A stretch of 64,000 nucleotides of DNA from Hemiscyllium ocellatum (GCF_020745735.1 NC_083427.1:2139438-2203437), one strand, 5' to 3'. Shown: positions 1 through 12,500, numbered from the stretch's first letter. A program made the numbers and translations. The notes: generated by a model not told the origin, from the sequence alone.

Positions 1-345
1 TGAGTCGCTCTGCTTATTCTGATTACTTTCATTCTGTAACTAGATCTTTCGCTTCACTGGTCATCTCTCTATATGTCTCGCTTTCTCTGCTTCTCCCCTT
101 CTCAAAAATATTTATTCTTTCACGCTCCTGTTTCTGCAGATTTTAATAATTCTTTATGCATCATTGACCGTAGCTGCTTACGCTTCTCTTCTTCTTTACG
201 CATATTGGTATTTATTCCTCCATTTTGTCTTCTTTCCTTTGGTACTGTCTGACCATCTTCCGCTCTTTCTGTCTGTCATTTCCAGCCTGTTATCTCCAGA
301 TCCCATTCTCAAAGTTTATGCCTTTATGCATATCTATCTGGCAAT
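1..345. repeat. Pyrimidine-rich (CT-rich) low-complexity intronic tract
   Basis: Strong C/T bias with degenerate (CT)n/(CTT)n. The short ORFs here are compositional artefacts. Confidence 0.6.
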
Positions 346-371
346 CTGAGTTCACCTGTTCCTCCGTCTTA

Positions 372-580
372 GAAATGTGCTGTTTGAAAAGCACAGCAGG
401 TCATGCAGCATCAAAAGAGCAGGAGAAACGACGTTTCGGGCAAAAACCCTTCTTCCTGAAGAAGGGCTTCTGCCTGCAACGTCGATTCTCCTGCTCCTTT
501 GACGCTGCCTGACTTGCTGCGCTTTTCCTGCAACGCATTATTAAGCTCTGATCTCCAGCATCTGGAGGCCTCACTTTCCC
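372..580. mobile_element. Fold-back Penelope-like terminal-repeat insertion with a degenerate hammerhead core
   Basis: Inverted arms (gaaaagcacagcaggtcatgcagcatc / gacgctgcctgacttgctgcgcttttc). The core at 456-483 reads CTGAAGA-AGGGC TTCT GCCT-GCAACGTC. Flanking direct repeats CCTGTTCCT(acgt)CCGTCTTA lie at 355-371 and 581-601. Confidence 0.75.
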
Positions 581-974
581 CCTGTTCCTACGTCCGTCTT
601 ACTGCATATATTTATCTGCATTTATAATTAGTTTGCATTTTGAACGAGTTTGCATTTTCTTCTCTGCTGATTATTTCTCTATTTATTTCTGTCCTGCTTA
701 CTAAATGGATCCACATCAATTCTTTCATTCCACAAAGTGCGTCTCTTGCTTTCCTTTTTGTTTATTTTGTACTTAACCGGCTTATACAAATTATAAATCA
801 AATCAACAAACGTGAAAACCAGCAATGGCACTTCAAATTCTATATTGCTGCATCTGTGACAGAGACATTCGCAATTTATCGTCCCATCTCTTGTCACTGA
901 TTTGGCATTCTTGTTGCAATCCTGGTTACATGGAACATGGAAAAGAATTTGAAACTCTGATTTCTCACCAACAG

Positions 975-1271
975 AGATTGCTGTATTACTAAGAGATCCT
1001 TTGGTTGAAGAAATGTGGATCAATAAAAATGCCACTCTGGTTTGTGAAGTGCTTTCCACTGTTTCAGCTGGGGTTGTCATCTCTTGGATGGTGGATGGAA
1101 AGGTGCGGAATGAAGGCATTAAAACTGAAGCAGATATTGAAAACCAACGTCTGACCATCAGCCGCTTGACGACCAGCGTGGAAGAGTGGCAGAGTGGGGT
1201 GGAATACACATGCTCTGCAAAACACGATCAATCATCAAACGCAGTATCAAAACGAACAAGAATGGCAAGAG
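975..1271 (+). CDS. IgNAR: IgNAR heavy chain constant exon C2 (Ig C1-set domain)
   Basis: The acceptor ...caacag|AG opens a 99-codon frame (E)IAVLLRDPLVEEMWINKNATLVCEVLSTVSAGVVISWMVDGKVRNEG...EEWQSGVEYTCSAKHDQSS...RTRMAR. It has the canonical Cys/Trp/Tyr-x-Cys, closely resembles nurse shark IgNAR C2 as I recall it, and ends at the phase-1 donor G|GTTGGT. Confidence 0.93.
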
Positions 1272-1347
1272 GTTGGTCAACAAAGATATGCATTTATATC
1301 TGTCATTTTATCAACGACGAAATTCTAAAATTGTAATTCTGTTACAG

Positions 1348-1665
1348 TCAAACCAGAGAAGCCACATCTCCGCCTCCTGCCTCCATCACCAAACGAGGTT
1401 CAAAACGGCACCTCTGCTACTCTCACATGCTTGATAAGAGGATTCTACCCTGACGAAATACGAGTAAACTGGGAGAAAGACGGAGCTTCTGTCAGTACAA
1501 ACATCACCATTTTCCCCACTGCTCTGGAACAGAACTTGACCTACAGCACACGGAGCCTCCTCGTTTTACCTGCAGTGGAATGGAAGAGCGGAGCAAAATA
1601 CACCTGTACTGCCTCTCATCCATCTTCACAGTCCACCGTGAAAAGGGAAATCAGCCATCCGAAAG
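1348..1665 (+). CDS. IgNAR: IgNAR constant exon C3
   Basis: Acceptor gttacag|TC, then 106 codons (V)KPEKPHLRLLPPSPNEVQNGTSATLTCLIRGFYPDEIRVNWEKDG...EWKSGAKYTCTASHPSSQSTVKREISHPK, then donor G|GTAAG. Confidence 0.95.
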
Positions 1666-3524
1666 GTAAGCAACCATTCCCACAGTTATCATTTTGTGGT
1701 AAATATCAACGCAACATGAAACCATGACCAAACATTCCAAGTTTCCACCAACTTTAAAATGCACAAAACCTCTTGAAATGAAACAATTTTCATACATTGT
1801 ACACGGGTTGACAGGAGAAACAATAATATCCCACAAACACGTAGGCTCAGGCAGTGTCAAGTCTGCTGATACAAAGAACGGATAGAGCCCTCTTTTGGCA
1901 CGTTGGCAGTGTCTGTGCACTGGACGAAGAGTTGCACGTTTACTTCCCACCTGCTCCAGAGTGTTGTCTTGAGCCTGTCTGAACAGGTTGATGAGAAAAA
2001 GTTGTTAACTAAACATATATCCTAAGAAAAAGAGCTTCATTGCACGAATATGTCTTGAAGGTGTGTTTTATTTTGACAACATTGAATGGTGGTGAGAGGG
2101 AGATTGGGTCGCCATGATTCAATGTCTTGTTTGGTTCAGTCCCTGCTTCACCTTTGAGTCCAGCTTAAGTGGTTGCTGACAATCAACTCAAAGGTACACA
2201 GAAATGCAAACATTTCTGACGTGGAGGACGAAAGCTCGTGAATTAATTTGTATACATCAAAGATTATATTCTTCTGTCCTCTTCCCCTGAACGTCGCAGG
2301 AACTGAGAAATAATTTTGTACTTGATGAGAATAAGTTAGATGGACTAATGAATTGGCTTTAATTCCGATTGTATGCTTAGGTACTGGTTTGCACCCGACT
2401 GTGATGTGGGCCGGGCAAAAACCGGTTCATGTTCTTAAAAAACGAGTCACAATGCTTCAACTTTGCATCACTGATCTTTGCAACACGGGTCTGTGATCAA
2501 GGGAATGGATGAACGGGCTGTGAAAAACTTCTGGTCATGCACTTGCCGAGAATTAGCGCATAGATTTCAGTGGAACGACAACTGATTTGACAAACGGATG
2601 TCAGAAAGTCACATACAACAAATGGAAAGAGCAAAGTTGCACTGAGCAAACACTGCTCTTAGATGTGGTAACAAACACTGAGCATGACAAATTCCGTTTG
2701 GTGAGCTACCATGCACTAAACTAGCAGGCATCGAGACACCTATGCGATGATTTCGGCCTGCTGATGATTCTTTGAAGCTTAGACTGGAATAGACTTGTAT
2801 GATTTCCATACAATCCCTTTGTGCTATTTTTCATCTGAGGAGTCTTGCTGAAAATAAACGTATTTGCACTCCTGCAAAGGGCAAGGGCAAATGCGAGTCT
2901 TACATATTTCCTGTGGACTGGGTTGCCTATATTCCATTTCTTCTGCTGATTTACAAAGACTGATCAGTCAATGTGAGATTCCTCAAGGAAGCTTGCATAC
3001 CAATACTGTTTGCATATCAATATGAAAATCCATTTTCCTCTTCACAGTAATGGAAGACATTCACATGAAAATATGATAGTTTTCAGTTCAGAACTTCGAT
3101 GCAAAGGTGTCATTGTTAAAATCATCTCAGCCATAAACGAAATATTCTGAAATTGTTTGTTTGAATGAGTCATTGTTAAAACTCTGATTTCTGTTTGTAA
3201 TGCGAGGAGATGGTTAATTTCATTCGGATCGGTTTTCCCACAATTCCCTTCACCATCCATCTATTATTGCTGAAAGATTTTGAAGAAGTAATAATCACCA
3301 AGACTCATCAGATGCAACTGATCTTGTATGTTAAATGGGGCACAATTATTCAAACACGAATTGAAAATATACCGCGACTGAGCTCAGGTTGTCAATCGAC
3401 AAATCAATGTTAACAGTCTGCTTGGTTGCAAGGAGATTTAGTGGAAGAGATTAACTCTGGATGGCTGGAGACAAGCAGGTATTTAGACTTAAGAGCTTTG
3501 ATTGTGAGACTGTAATATTAATCA

Positions 3525-3689
3525 GGTAGGTAAAAGCAGTGACTGCAAATGCTCGTAACCAGATTCTGGATTAGTGGTGCTGGAAGAGCACAACAGTTCA
3601 GACAGCATCCAATGTTCAGCGAAATCGACGTTTTCGCTGCACATTGGATGCTGCCTGAACTGCTGTGCTCTTCCAGCACCACTGATCTA
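3525..3689. mobile_element. Fold-back Penelope-like terminal-repeat insertion (core deleted)
   Basis: Inverted arms gtggtgctggaagagcacaacagttcagacagcatccaatg / cattggatgctgcctgaactgctgtgctcttccagcaccac. TSD GTAATAT(T/A)AATCA at 3512-3524 and 3690-3702. Confidence 0.75.
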
Positions 3690-4784
3690 GTAATATAAAT
3701 CAACTTGGGAGTAATTTCAGCAATATCCTCTTCACCCAAACAACCTCGCAGAGACACTGGCATAATTGAAGAACTGCATAAACTTTATAGTATGCATACA
3801 AAATAAAATTAGTCCATTAGAGACACGGAACATGAGTCATCACAAGAGGTATTGGGACTTTCAGAAATAACTGGTTTAGCGAACATAATAAAGGTACTGA
3901 TATTTATGGTAACGACACAAGCAGAACATTCAAGAAGCATCTTTCATTGGTATTTTCCGTTATGCATAAATAAAGTAACTCCTAGTGTATTTAGACCCGA
4001 CGATTTAGCTTGAAGACATCTAAAAACATGCTTTCCCGTCTAATGCATCCTTTAATGTTATCATGATTCTGATAACTGATTCTGTTAGTTTTATCAACTC
4101 CCAGTATCTGAGTTGAGCTGTGAAAGACATGTAGGCACAAAATTTTATACTTCCTTACTTCATACTCTTCAAACATAGTTAATTAAAAGTATACAAAAAC
4201 GTTTGATAGTGCCCTTGATTGGACTTGAATTATGCAGTAAGTATCCTTTTGTATAACTAAAAGGCTCTGCTGACGAATCGGGACAGCAAACGCAGTTTAA
4301 AAAGTGCAAACTATCAAATGCAAGTTGATACCAGGTAAATTTCTCCAATGGTTGGTCGGCCACAGTGCAAGCAATTTTAGCTTTTATAAAGCAGACAGTG
4401 ATGATGCGTTTTTTGCTCGCCTGGTATTGGATTCTGTCGAATTAAGGCCACGTCGCAGCAACTATCTTCTGGCATCCGTAACTGCAACAGTTGAAAGTGT
4501 GCAGTACTCAAACGGAGACAATAGGTATCAGTATACCCAAGGCAGAGCTATTTCCAAATTGTGCAAGAATACGTTGGAAATATTACTGAAGTCATATCCA
4601 TAGCAGTCAGAGTGAATGCAACCAACAGGAACAGGAGAGCACAACATCTAATTCACCAAGTCGAAACTTTCAAATAGAAGAGATAACAGATCACAGTAAG
4701 TAAAATTATTCCCCATCTCCTGAAGTATTTTGGAATTAATATCGATATTTCAGCCTGAAAACCTGCATTCCTTTCTCATTCCAG

Positions 4785-5105
4785 ATGAATGCCATCAGCC
4801 AGATATTTCTGTCAACGTACTGAAACCTGCGTTTGAAGAGATTTGGACACAAAAGACAGCGACCATTGTTTGCAAAATCGTTTACAGCAAGTTAGGAAAT
4901 ATTAATGTTGTCTGGCAAGAGAACGGGTCTGGGAGAACTAAAGGAGTCGTGACGGAAAATCCTGATTGGAACGGAAGTAAATTCACCATTGTGAGCAAAC
5001 TTAAAATCATGGCGTCAGAGTGGGATAGCGGTGTCGAATATGTTTGCTTGGTCGAAGACAGTCAATTACCAACACCAGTGAAAGCCTCTATCAAGAAGGC
5101 AACTG
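4785..5105 (+). CDS. IgNAR: IgNAR constant exon C4
   Basis: Acceptor ctcattccag|AT, then 107 codons (D)ECHQPDISVNVLKPAFEEIWTQKTATIVCKIVYS...WQENG...EWDSGVEYVCLVEDSQLPTPVKASIKKAT, then donor G|GTAAG. Confidence 0.95.
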
Positions 5106-5329
5106 GTAAGACGGAATAGTACTGCAATAACATCAAAATTGAATTGATTTCAGAAATCTGAAATGAGAAAGAAATGTTCAGTAGAAACTGAGCATGGCTG
5201 GCAGAATCTATGTGTCTTTCCATAAATAATAGTTAATGTTACCATGAGATAAGCCTGACTCATAAAATTGTCAGATTAAATAAACTGTCAAATCATTAAT
5301 GCGTTACATTAAATGGTCAGAAGTTAGCA

Positions 5330-5540
5330 TTGGCGAGGTGAGTCACTGGTTTGTACTGCTGCCTCCCAGCGCCTAGACCCCCATTCAATTAAAAGTTAGG
5401 CACCGTCTGTATGGAATTTTCCCATCCTCCCCATGTCTGCGTGGGTTTACTTCGGCTGGTCGGGTTTATTTTCCAGAGTAAAAAGATGTGCAGATTGGGT
5501 GGAGGGGTCATATTCACATATGCGCAGTGTGGGTGGTTGG
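5330..5540 (+). mobile_element. HE1-type shark tRNA-derived SINE (degenerate)
   Basis: The blocks actgctgcctcccagcgcc...tctgtatggaattttcccatcctccccatgtctgcgtgggttt...aaagatgtgcag match the recalled HE1 SINE core. Confidence 0.7.
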
Positions 5541-5700
5541 GTCATAGGAAAAATAAGGGACGTGAAATGCTGTAGCATTTACAGATATTCGCAAAGTCTT
5601 GCAGATAGGAAATATTTTATCTACCACATGCATAACGAACAAAGAAATTGTGACACAGACATAAGACAGTCTCAGTTAAACAATCATCCTCTCTTTGCAG

Positions 5701-6083
5701 ATGGTCAAATGTGTCCTCCTCAGATTTATCTCCTGCATCCATCGACTGACGAGATTGACACCGAGAATTCAGCGACCCTGATGTGTCTCGGCACCAGCTT
5801 TTACCCAGCTGACATTTACATTGGCTGGATGGCCAATGACACGCTTTTGCATGCCGGGTATCGGACGCACATGGATAGTGAGAAGGGGAATGGTTCCAAC
5901 TTCATGATCAGCAGGTTGAGAGTCACAGCGGCGGAATGGAACAGTGACATCACTTATTCCTGCTTGGTGGGGCACCCATCGCTCAGCCGAGAATTAATCA
6001 GAAGTATAAATAAGTCTCGTGGTAAACCGACATCAGTCAATGTTTCAGTCGTACTTAGCGACATTGTTAAATCTTGCACATAA
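5701..6083 (+). CDS. IgNAR: IgNAR constant exon C5 (5701-6021) plus secretory tailpiece (6022-6083)
   Basis: Acceptor ctctttgcag|AT, then (D)GQMCPPQIYLLHPSTDEIDTENSATLMCLG...EWNSDITYSCLVGHPSLSRELIRSINKSR. An internal donor G|GTAAAC follows 6021. Read-through gives the tail GKPTSVNVSVVLSDIVKSCT* with an N-V-S sequon and a penultimate Cys, typical of Ig secretory tails. Confidence 0.96.
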
Positions 6084-6404
6084 CTTGCAGGGATAGATGA
6101 ACTGTTTTCCGTAGATAGCTTAACGTTGTTATGGCGATAACTATTTAAACAACCAAACTAATGCATTTTCAATTCATTGCATGCAGCAGTCGCATTTTTG
6201 ATCAGTGAACACTTTCGTGAAAAGCAAAATGCCCACTATTCTAAACTGAATCTGTTGATAAAGGGTAATTAAGGTTAGAATCGGAATTTCCAGGAAAAGC
6301 TTGTCCTGTGATTACAATCGTTCAGAAGATCGTTTGAACTTTCCACACCGCTACTGAAAGAACAGCAAACTGTGCTTAAGTCTGTATGTGGCTCCAATTA
6401 TTGC

Positions 6405-6410
6405 AATAAA
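6405..6410 (+). promoter_or_regulatory. Probable polyadenylation signal of the secreted IgNAR mRNA
   Basis: First AATAAA after the secretory stop codon, ~320 nt downstream. Its use is inferred. Confidence 0.6.
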
Positions 6411-7819
6411 TGCAGAATGAAAACTCTTTGACTTGCTTATTCTTTATTTACATGCATCAAACTTTCAGAAAGATGATTTAGACCTTGATTGAAGTGTTTG
6501 TGATATCCAGTTTTTGAAACACCAGCACTGCAGCTTGTTTAAACGTGCAGAACTTTAGACTCGCTCGGGTTCCCTCTGACTTGGCCACTATTAACATAGT
6601 CGTTTTTGGCAGCACTCTTTCGTTCTCCATTGCTAATGGGATATCGAGATTTGAAATGAAATGACTGAAGTTGATGCGATGCCAACTTGTTTCGTTCAAC
6701 AATCAGGCATCCAATTTGCCCTCACCTTCATTTACCCTAGTCCTGCCAAGTTTTCTACTACAGTGATGTCCAATTTTAGTCTATAGTTTTCGTGTTGCAT
6801 CCCCACGACGATCTATGCTTGAGCCCTCATCCAGAACAGGCTACATCCAATCCCTTGCTCATATCATGCAAATTCAGATTCCAATTTGGCACTAATAACA
6901 CACAACTCTCTTTCACAATCGTCTGCTTTTTTTTTCCCGTGTTTATGTCCAATGCATCCAAAGACGTGAACACACAATAAAAAAGTGCAGAGTCCAAAAT
7001 CAAAGTCCTATATTATGGTGACTACTCAGGCTCGTCACTCATCTGAATCAGTGATGTCTTTGGCCATTTCCTGTGGTGACAGTTGTTTATTTTTCTGACT
7101 TTACCTTCCATGTAAACTGATTTTCTAAACCGATCACTGAACCCAGAAGATGACTGCATTTCTTCTGGTTTAATCTGCTTTCAGCAACATCATGTCTTTC
7201 ACACTGACCTTTGACAACACTGGTCGTCTGCTATATATTTTCCACTCTCTATTGTCTTAAATTTACACAAATATCAGTTACGTGGCATATGAATTCGCAG
7301 GAGTTCCCAATCATCCATCACCACTGAACTATTCAATAATGTCCACTCCTGCTTCCCTTATAAAATTATTCCTGACGTGTCTAAATTCCTCCACATCCTC
7401 ATCCATCATCGTTTCAGTGACCCATTCCGATTTATTTTCACTGACATTTCTGCACCCATGCGGTTCTGGCCTCTTTTACTTCCAGATTTTTATTACCATC
7501 ACTGTGTTCATTGAATTACACTCAGTCATTCAATTTCGTGATTGGCGACACTTAACTTCATTTAACCAGTCTTCCCAAATATTCCGATAAGGCATGTCTA
7601 ATCTCACTCGCACAGCATTATTACTGTATCGCCACAAGACACCATGCTTAGAACCTCATCCATGTGGAATCGGCACGCTGGCCCTGAATAATAACAAACA
7701 AATTTAAATTCCAGCTAGATAATAAACACATCCATTTGCTGATTATATCGTTGTTGGAATTAGCCGTTTACAACCTGTGCACCAAACAGTCCATGTTTCA
7801 ATTACCAGTTGGTCTGGCA

Positions 7820-8590
7820 GCGTCTGTGGAGAGAAAAAAGTAAGAGTAAACATTTTGTGCGAGTGATCTTCTTTAGTACCAATTAGAAGTATCAGTCGAC
7901 CCGAAATGTAAACTCTGATTTCTATCCACAGATTCTGACAGATTTGCGAGCCTTCTGAGCAACGTGTGCTTTTGTTTCTGATTTACAGGATTCAGTGTTT
8001 CTTTTTATTTTTATCTAAAATTTTATGCTAGCATTTTGCACACAAGAAACTGAAACCAATAGAGTAGTTGGTTGCCAGTTGTTTAGGTTCTTCTGCATTT
8101 ACGAAGGTGTACACCAATGTGAGTTGCCATGCTCAGGAAACCTGCATTGGTGAACATACGTGTCTGACCCGTTGATCTGAATGTTTTGACACTTCTTACA
8201 TTCAGCAGATGTCGCGATTTCATGACATGAGATACTTATTCTCAGTAGATTGCAAATCTGCGTGTGACACTCTGTTTTACTCTTCATTTTGACATCTTTC
8301 CACGCTGTCGGACGTATCTGTGCGTTTTTAGGTCTGTTCAATGTGAGGTGACAACTGCCCCTGTTTGATTAGTGTTTGGAGAGCTGAACTTCAATTGTTT
8401 GTTCTGTGTATCCATAGACGTCTTCTGAATGAGAAAATAACTCTAATGCGGTATGTGGCATCTGTTTGTGCAGTGGCTGTTTCGTTATATAGGAGAAACA
8501 CAGTGCCATATAGTGTCCCGCTAGTCCATAGTGTTGGAGGTGTCAGTATCTAGAGCAGATAACTCAGGTCAACCTACCTATCCATGTTTG
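7820..8590 (-). mobile_element. Degenerate Penelope-like element remnant (terminal repeat + linker/GIY-YIG fragments)
   Basis: Terminal-repeat-like sequence cccgaaatgtaaactctgatttctatccacagattctgacag at ~7900. Minus-strand peptides include ...YRIRVIF... and GQTR...RFPEH. Confidence 0.45.
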
Positions 8591-9829
8591 ACATTCCCTG
8601 TGAATTGAAGAATGATGCTGCTGCTGAAGTAGAATCTGTAAATGTATAATCTTGTTTGATTTGACGATAATACAAACTGCGAAGCTTTTGTGTGTGGTAT
8701 CTCTTCATGTTAAAAAAGAATCTCGTTTATTGCGGGATCCGCGACTTTACATGCAGGTTAGTTGATGAACTGTACAAGCGAACATGCTATGTCAGCGATT
8801 TGAGCAATAGTTTTCGTTCAGGCAGAACTGCAAATAAAGTTCCAGTGTTGCCTTCAATCTACTTTTCAAGATCTCAATCGATATCCACAGTGCTGAAATA
8901 TCTCCTTGCCAACAGAACTCATTATTTTTCATCGTCTGTTACTCAGTCATTTTATGTGAACTCCTACAACTCACTGAAGTCCTGTTATTAATTGCACATG
9001 AGTAAATCAAAAATGATTTGTTTTGAGTTGAGATGGATGCCAGTTTCAGATATTGCTGAGAATACAGAGTAGATCAGTTCAACCTGACAGTGCAGTGAAA
9101 GGCTAAAACCCTCGATGTGAGCCTTTAATTCATTCTCTGAAATAGTTCATTCTGTGATAAGTACAGCACTCCATCGATCATGATTATTTTGAATATGAAA
9201 TCCCACTGCCTGAAGACATTATGAGCACTGATTTCTCCATGTTAACTATACCTGGTGTGAATTAAAGATTTCTTGATGCCGGATATTATACTGGCATTAA
9301 TTAAGATTTAAGCAATTTGAAGAAAACATGAAGTCAGTCTCAATGGAATACACAAATAATAATTAAGTTGCAGCAATGCTCTAGTGAGTTATTATAATGA
9401 CCAACATTTATGCACTATTTACTCCCAAACTGTGTCAACCATTATAAGGAGAAAATACTAGATTTCCAGCATTGTGAGTAGCACTTATTTTTATGGGTCG
9501 TGATGAGAATGTAAGGAGGTTCCAAGCCGATATGGACAGTTTGATGTCTGAGCAAGCAGAGAGCAGATGGATTAGATTACGGATCAAGTACATGGTTCCA
9601 CTGACTGGCATGACGACCTTCGAAGAGGAATATCTTTGGAAAGCCAAGCGAATGGCAAATGTTGGTGCTAAAAAGCATCTTGCAAAACTGATTAGAATAG
9701 TTATTGAAATCTAACAAATGCAAGAAAGTGATGGAGTAATTAGAAGAATGCTGTAGAGACAATAATCTCACTCTCAAAGTCAATAAAACGAAAGAGTTCA
9801 TCTTTGCCTTGTGGAAGTGAAGCTGATGG

Positions 9830-10470
9830 CACGCCCTGGTCTACATCAAAAATGCTGAGGTGGAGTTGGTGCAGAGCGTCAAGTTTTGGAAGTGATAATC
9901 ATCAACAATCTGTCTGGTCCTGCCATATCGTCTCAATGCTCAAGAAAGCACGACAGCATCACTGCTTCCTCAGGAGTTTTAAGGAAATTTGATATATCCA
10001 AAGGACTCTGACCAATTTTCAGAGATGCACCATAGACAATCTTCTATGTGTATTCATCATACTGAGATTTGGCGACTGCTTTCCCTATGACGGCAAGAAA
10101 TTACAATAGTCATGCAGACAGCACAGCGTATAACGTAAACCAAACTTCTAACCATTGCATCCATGTTTACTTCCCGTTGCCTTGGGAAAGCAACTCATAT
10201 AATCAAAGACCGCTCTCACCCCTCCTACATTTACGTGCATCATCTTTGATTGGACAGATGAAATAGAAGTTTGTGCACATCCACGAATACATTCAAGAGG
10301 AGTTTCTTCCCTGCTGCTATTAGATTGCTGAATGGAAATATCAAATTTTAAATTTCGTGTTGATCGCTCCCTGTATCCCTTACCTGCAGCCGTCACGTTT
10401 TTTGTTCGCTCTGTCTGTGACCCGATGCATTTTGTATGGTATGATCTGCCTGTACTGCATTGCGAAAAAC
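9830..10470 (+). mobile_element. Rex1/Babar-like LINE 3' fragment
   Basis: Translates as KKARQH..FLR.F....RTLTNFQRCTIDN.L...FGDC...DGKKLQ, the typical C-terminal RT-thumb sequence of this clade, here with stops. Confidence 0.65.
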
Positions 10471-11349
10471 ACATTTCACTGTACGGAGGTGCACATGACA
10501 ATAATAAACCCAACCAAATCAAATTGGTGAGTAAGCAATGAAGAAAGCCAATGTTTTAAGAATTTCCATCGTGAGCAAATTTGAATATGAACGTCTGCCT
10601 TGCTTCAAATTTATAATCTTGAAAATATTGTAACGAGATATAGGACACAATCTACGACTTTCACTTAAGTTAGGACCCACTTCCCTTCAAATGAATCGCA
10701 ATGGATATCCGGAAAACAGATTTATGAGATTGTCAGACTGTCATATGAAATGATTTCGAAGAGACTGGACTAATAGTCTCAGGTAACCAAATAATGAAAG
10801 ACTTATCCAGAATGTGCATGTGAGTCTACGATTGATTTGTAGATACGAATAACACCAGAGCCAATGTGGATGTATGGCAAAATAGCACGAAGTAGATGAT
10901 CTGATATGATCGAGAATGGTGAATCAGTCACAAGGGGTTGAATTATCTGATCGTGTCCATATGTTTCCATGTTCCTATGGAAACAAGAGCTTAAAACCGC
11001 AGAATTCAAAGCAATTAAAGCAAAAAAAAAATTTGGAAAGCAACGAGAGGATGAAAACAATGGAAATTTAAGGAAAACTTAAATTTTTTTTGTGCTTTTT
11101 AAGGCAAGATGGTGAATAATGAAACTGTTGTGCTGAAGAGCCATGGGCATCGTCACTATTTCTTACAGAATGCTTTCTCATCACGAAGAAGGGAGTTAAT
11201 GCAGACAATGTCGTTTAAAAAAGTGTCCAGTGAGATATTAGAAAAGAATAATAATGATAATGAATGTAATACAGAGACAAACCTCCATGAAATTGCATGA
11301 TTATCTCGTGGTAAAAAAGAAGCCAGTGAGGAAATAATAGATGCTGAAA

Positions 11350-12500
11350 GGATCATTTATCAGTTCTAACGAGATGCATGTAAGGGACCAGAGACGTGTT
11401 ATTATATGTCGACAAATGTTTCAGCCTGGAAAATGCTTTGATAATAGACCATATACGTTTTGGCCAGTTAGTCTGTACTCCGTGCAGTGAAATTTACAAG
11501 AACCAGTAATTAGAGATCAGATGGTATGCTACCAAGATAGGAATGGACTAATCAGGAAAAGTCGGTATGAATTTATGAAGTGAACATCGTATCTTACGAA
11601 GTCAATTGATTTTTTTCTTGGGGCGAAAAGAACAAGGGGATTCATGGGGATAGTAATGTGTTTACAGCCTAAATGGATATGGTGAGGAATTTGCCGAGGT
11701 CCAAAGTGGAAGATTGTTCAGAAAGACAGAACCAATGGAATACCAGAGAATGTGACAAGTTTGGACGCAAAACTAGTTCACGGCAGGAAGACAAATTTAA
11801 AAGTGCAGACTGCCTTTCTTGTTGACCATCTCCAGTACTTTCTGACACGACTTAGTATTGTATCCCTCGAAATTTTAGGTGTGATTTAACGATTTAGAAT
11901 TTAATGCGTAAGATGTGGGCTGGATTTCGCTGATGATACAAAGTTGATGGTGTGATTTATACGATTGATATCGGCTGTCGAAGGCAGCTTTACATTAATG
12001 GTTCAATTCGGTCGTTGAAATGTGATAATTTGAATTTAGTCTGTCAGTGAGAATTTATGACGTGCAGAGGACGTTAGAGAGTTTGGATTTTATGTCCAGA
12101 GGTCCGTGTTTGCTGAAGAACAGGAGATGAACTGGTTAGAAAAAAATGCATGCGTAAACTATTGCGGCGTTTTCCTAGTTTTGATGAAATGTATAATACA
12201 AAATAGGTGCAATCCTGGAAATATTTGGGCTGCTTGAAAAATCATTTCAGCAGTTTTGTATCGAGTTCAAGCAACCATATCCCTGGAAAGGCAAAGCTGT
12301 TCCGGGGAGAGCACAACAAGTACAACCAGAATGCTATGAGGACTTTTCAGTGAAGGTACCATTGTTGTTTACCTTAAAAGAGAGATGCCTGAGTTCAACT
12401 AAATTGAACAGTACGAAACAATGAGGCGTTTATATGGCATGGGCAGCGAAGTCGTGTTATTATTGCTGTGAATCCAGAGGGAGTTACATTACTGCAGGAG
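11350..12500 (+). mobile_element. CR1-like LINE RT fragment (old)
   Basis: Degenerate CR1 motifs (atcaggaaaagtcggtatgaattt, tttgctgatgatacaaagttgatggtgtg, ttttgtatcgagttc...ggagagcaca). Confidence 0.55.

Noticed and set aside
4304-4603. 99-aa intronic ORF with a faint Ig-strand look (YSNGDNRY) and a CACAGTG
   Set aside because: It has no canonical Cys/Trp spacing, no clear splice sites and no nonamer. The length is compatible with chance.
5433-5700. N-terminal extension of the 216-aa ORF upstream of C5
   Set aside because: This is intron sequence overlapping an HE1 SINE. The real exon starts at the acceptor at 5701. The same applies to the ORF-track starts at 4730 and 1431.
8470-8540. VH-like end (GCT GTT TCG TTA TAT AGG AGA AA) followed by the RSS heptamer CACAGTG at 8499-8505
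   Set aside because: There is no nonamer at 12 or 22/23 bp spacing and no conserved Cys or Trp. The minus strand reads better as Penelope linker (YRIRVIF).
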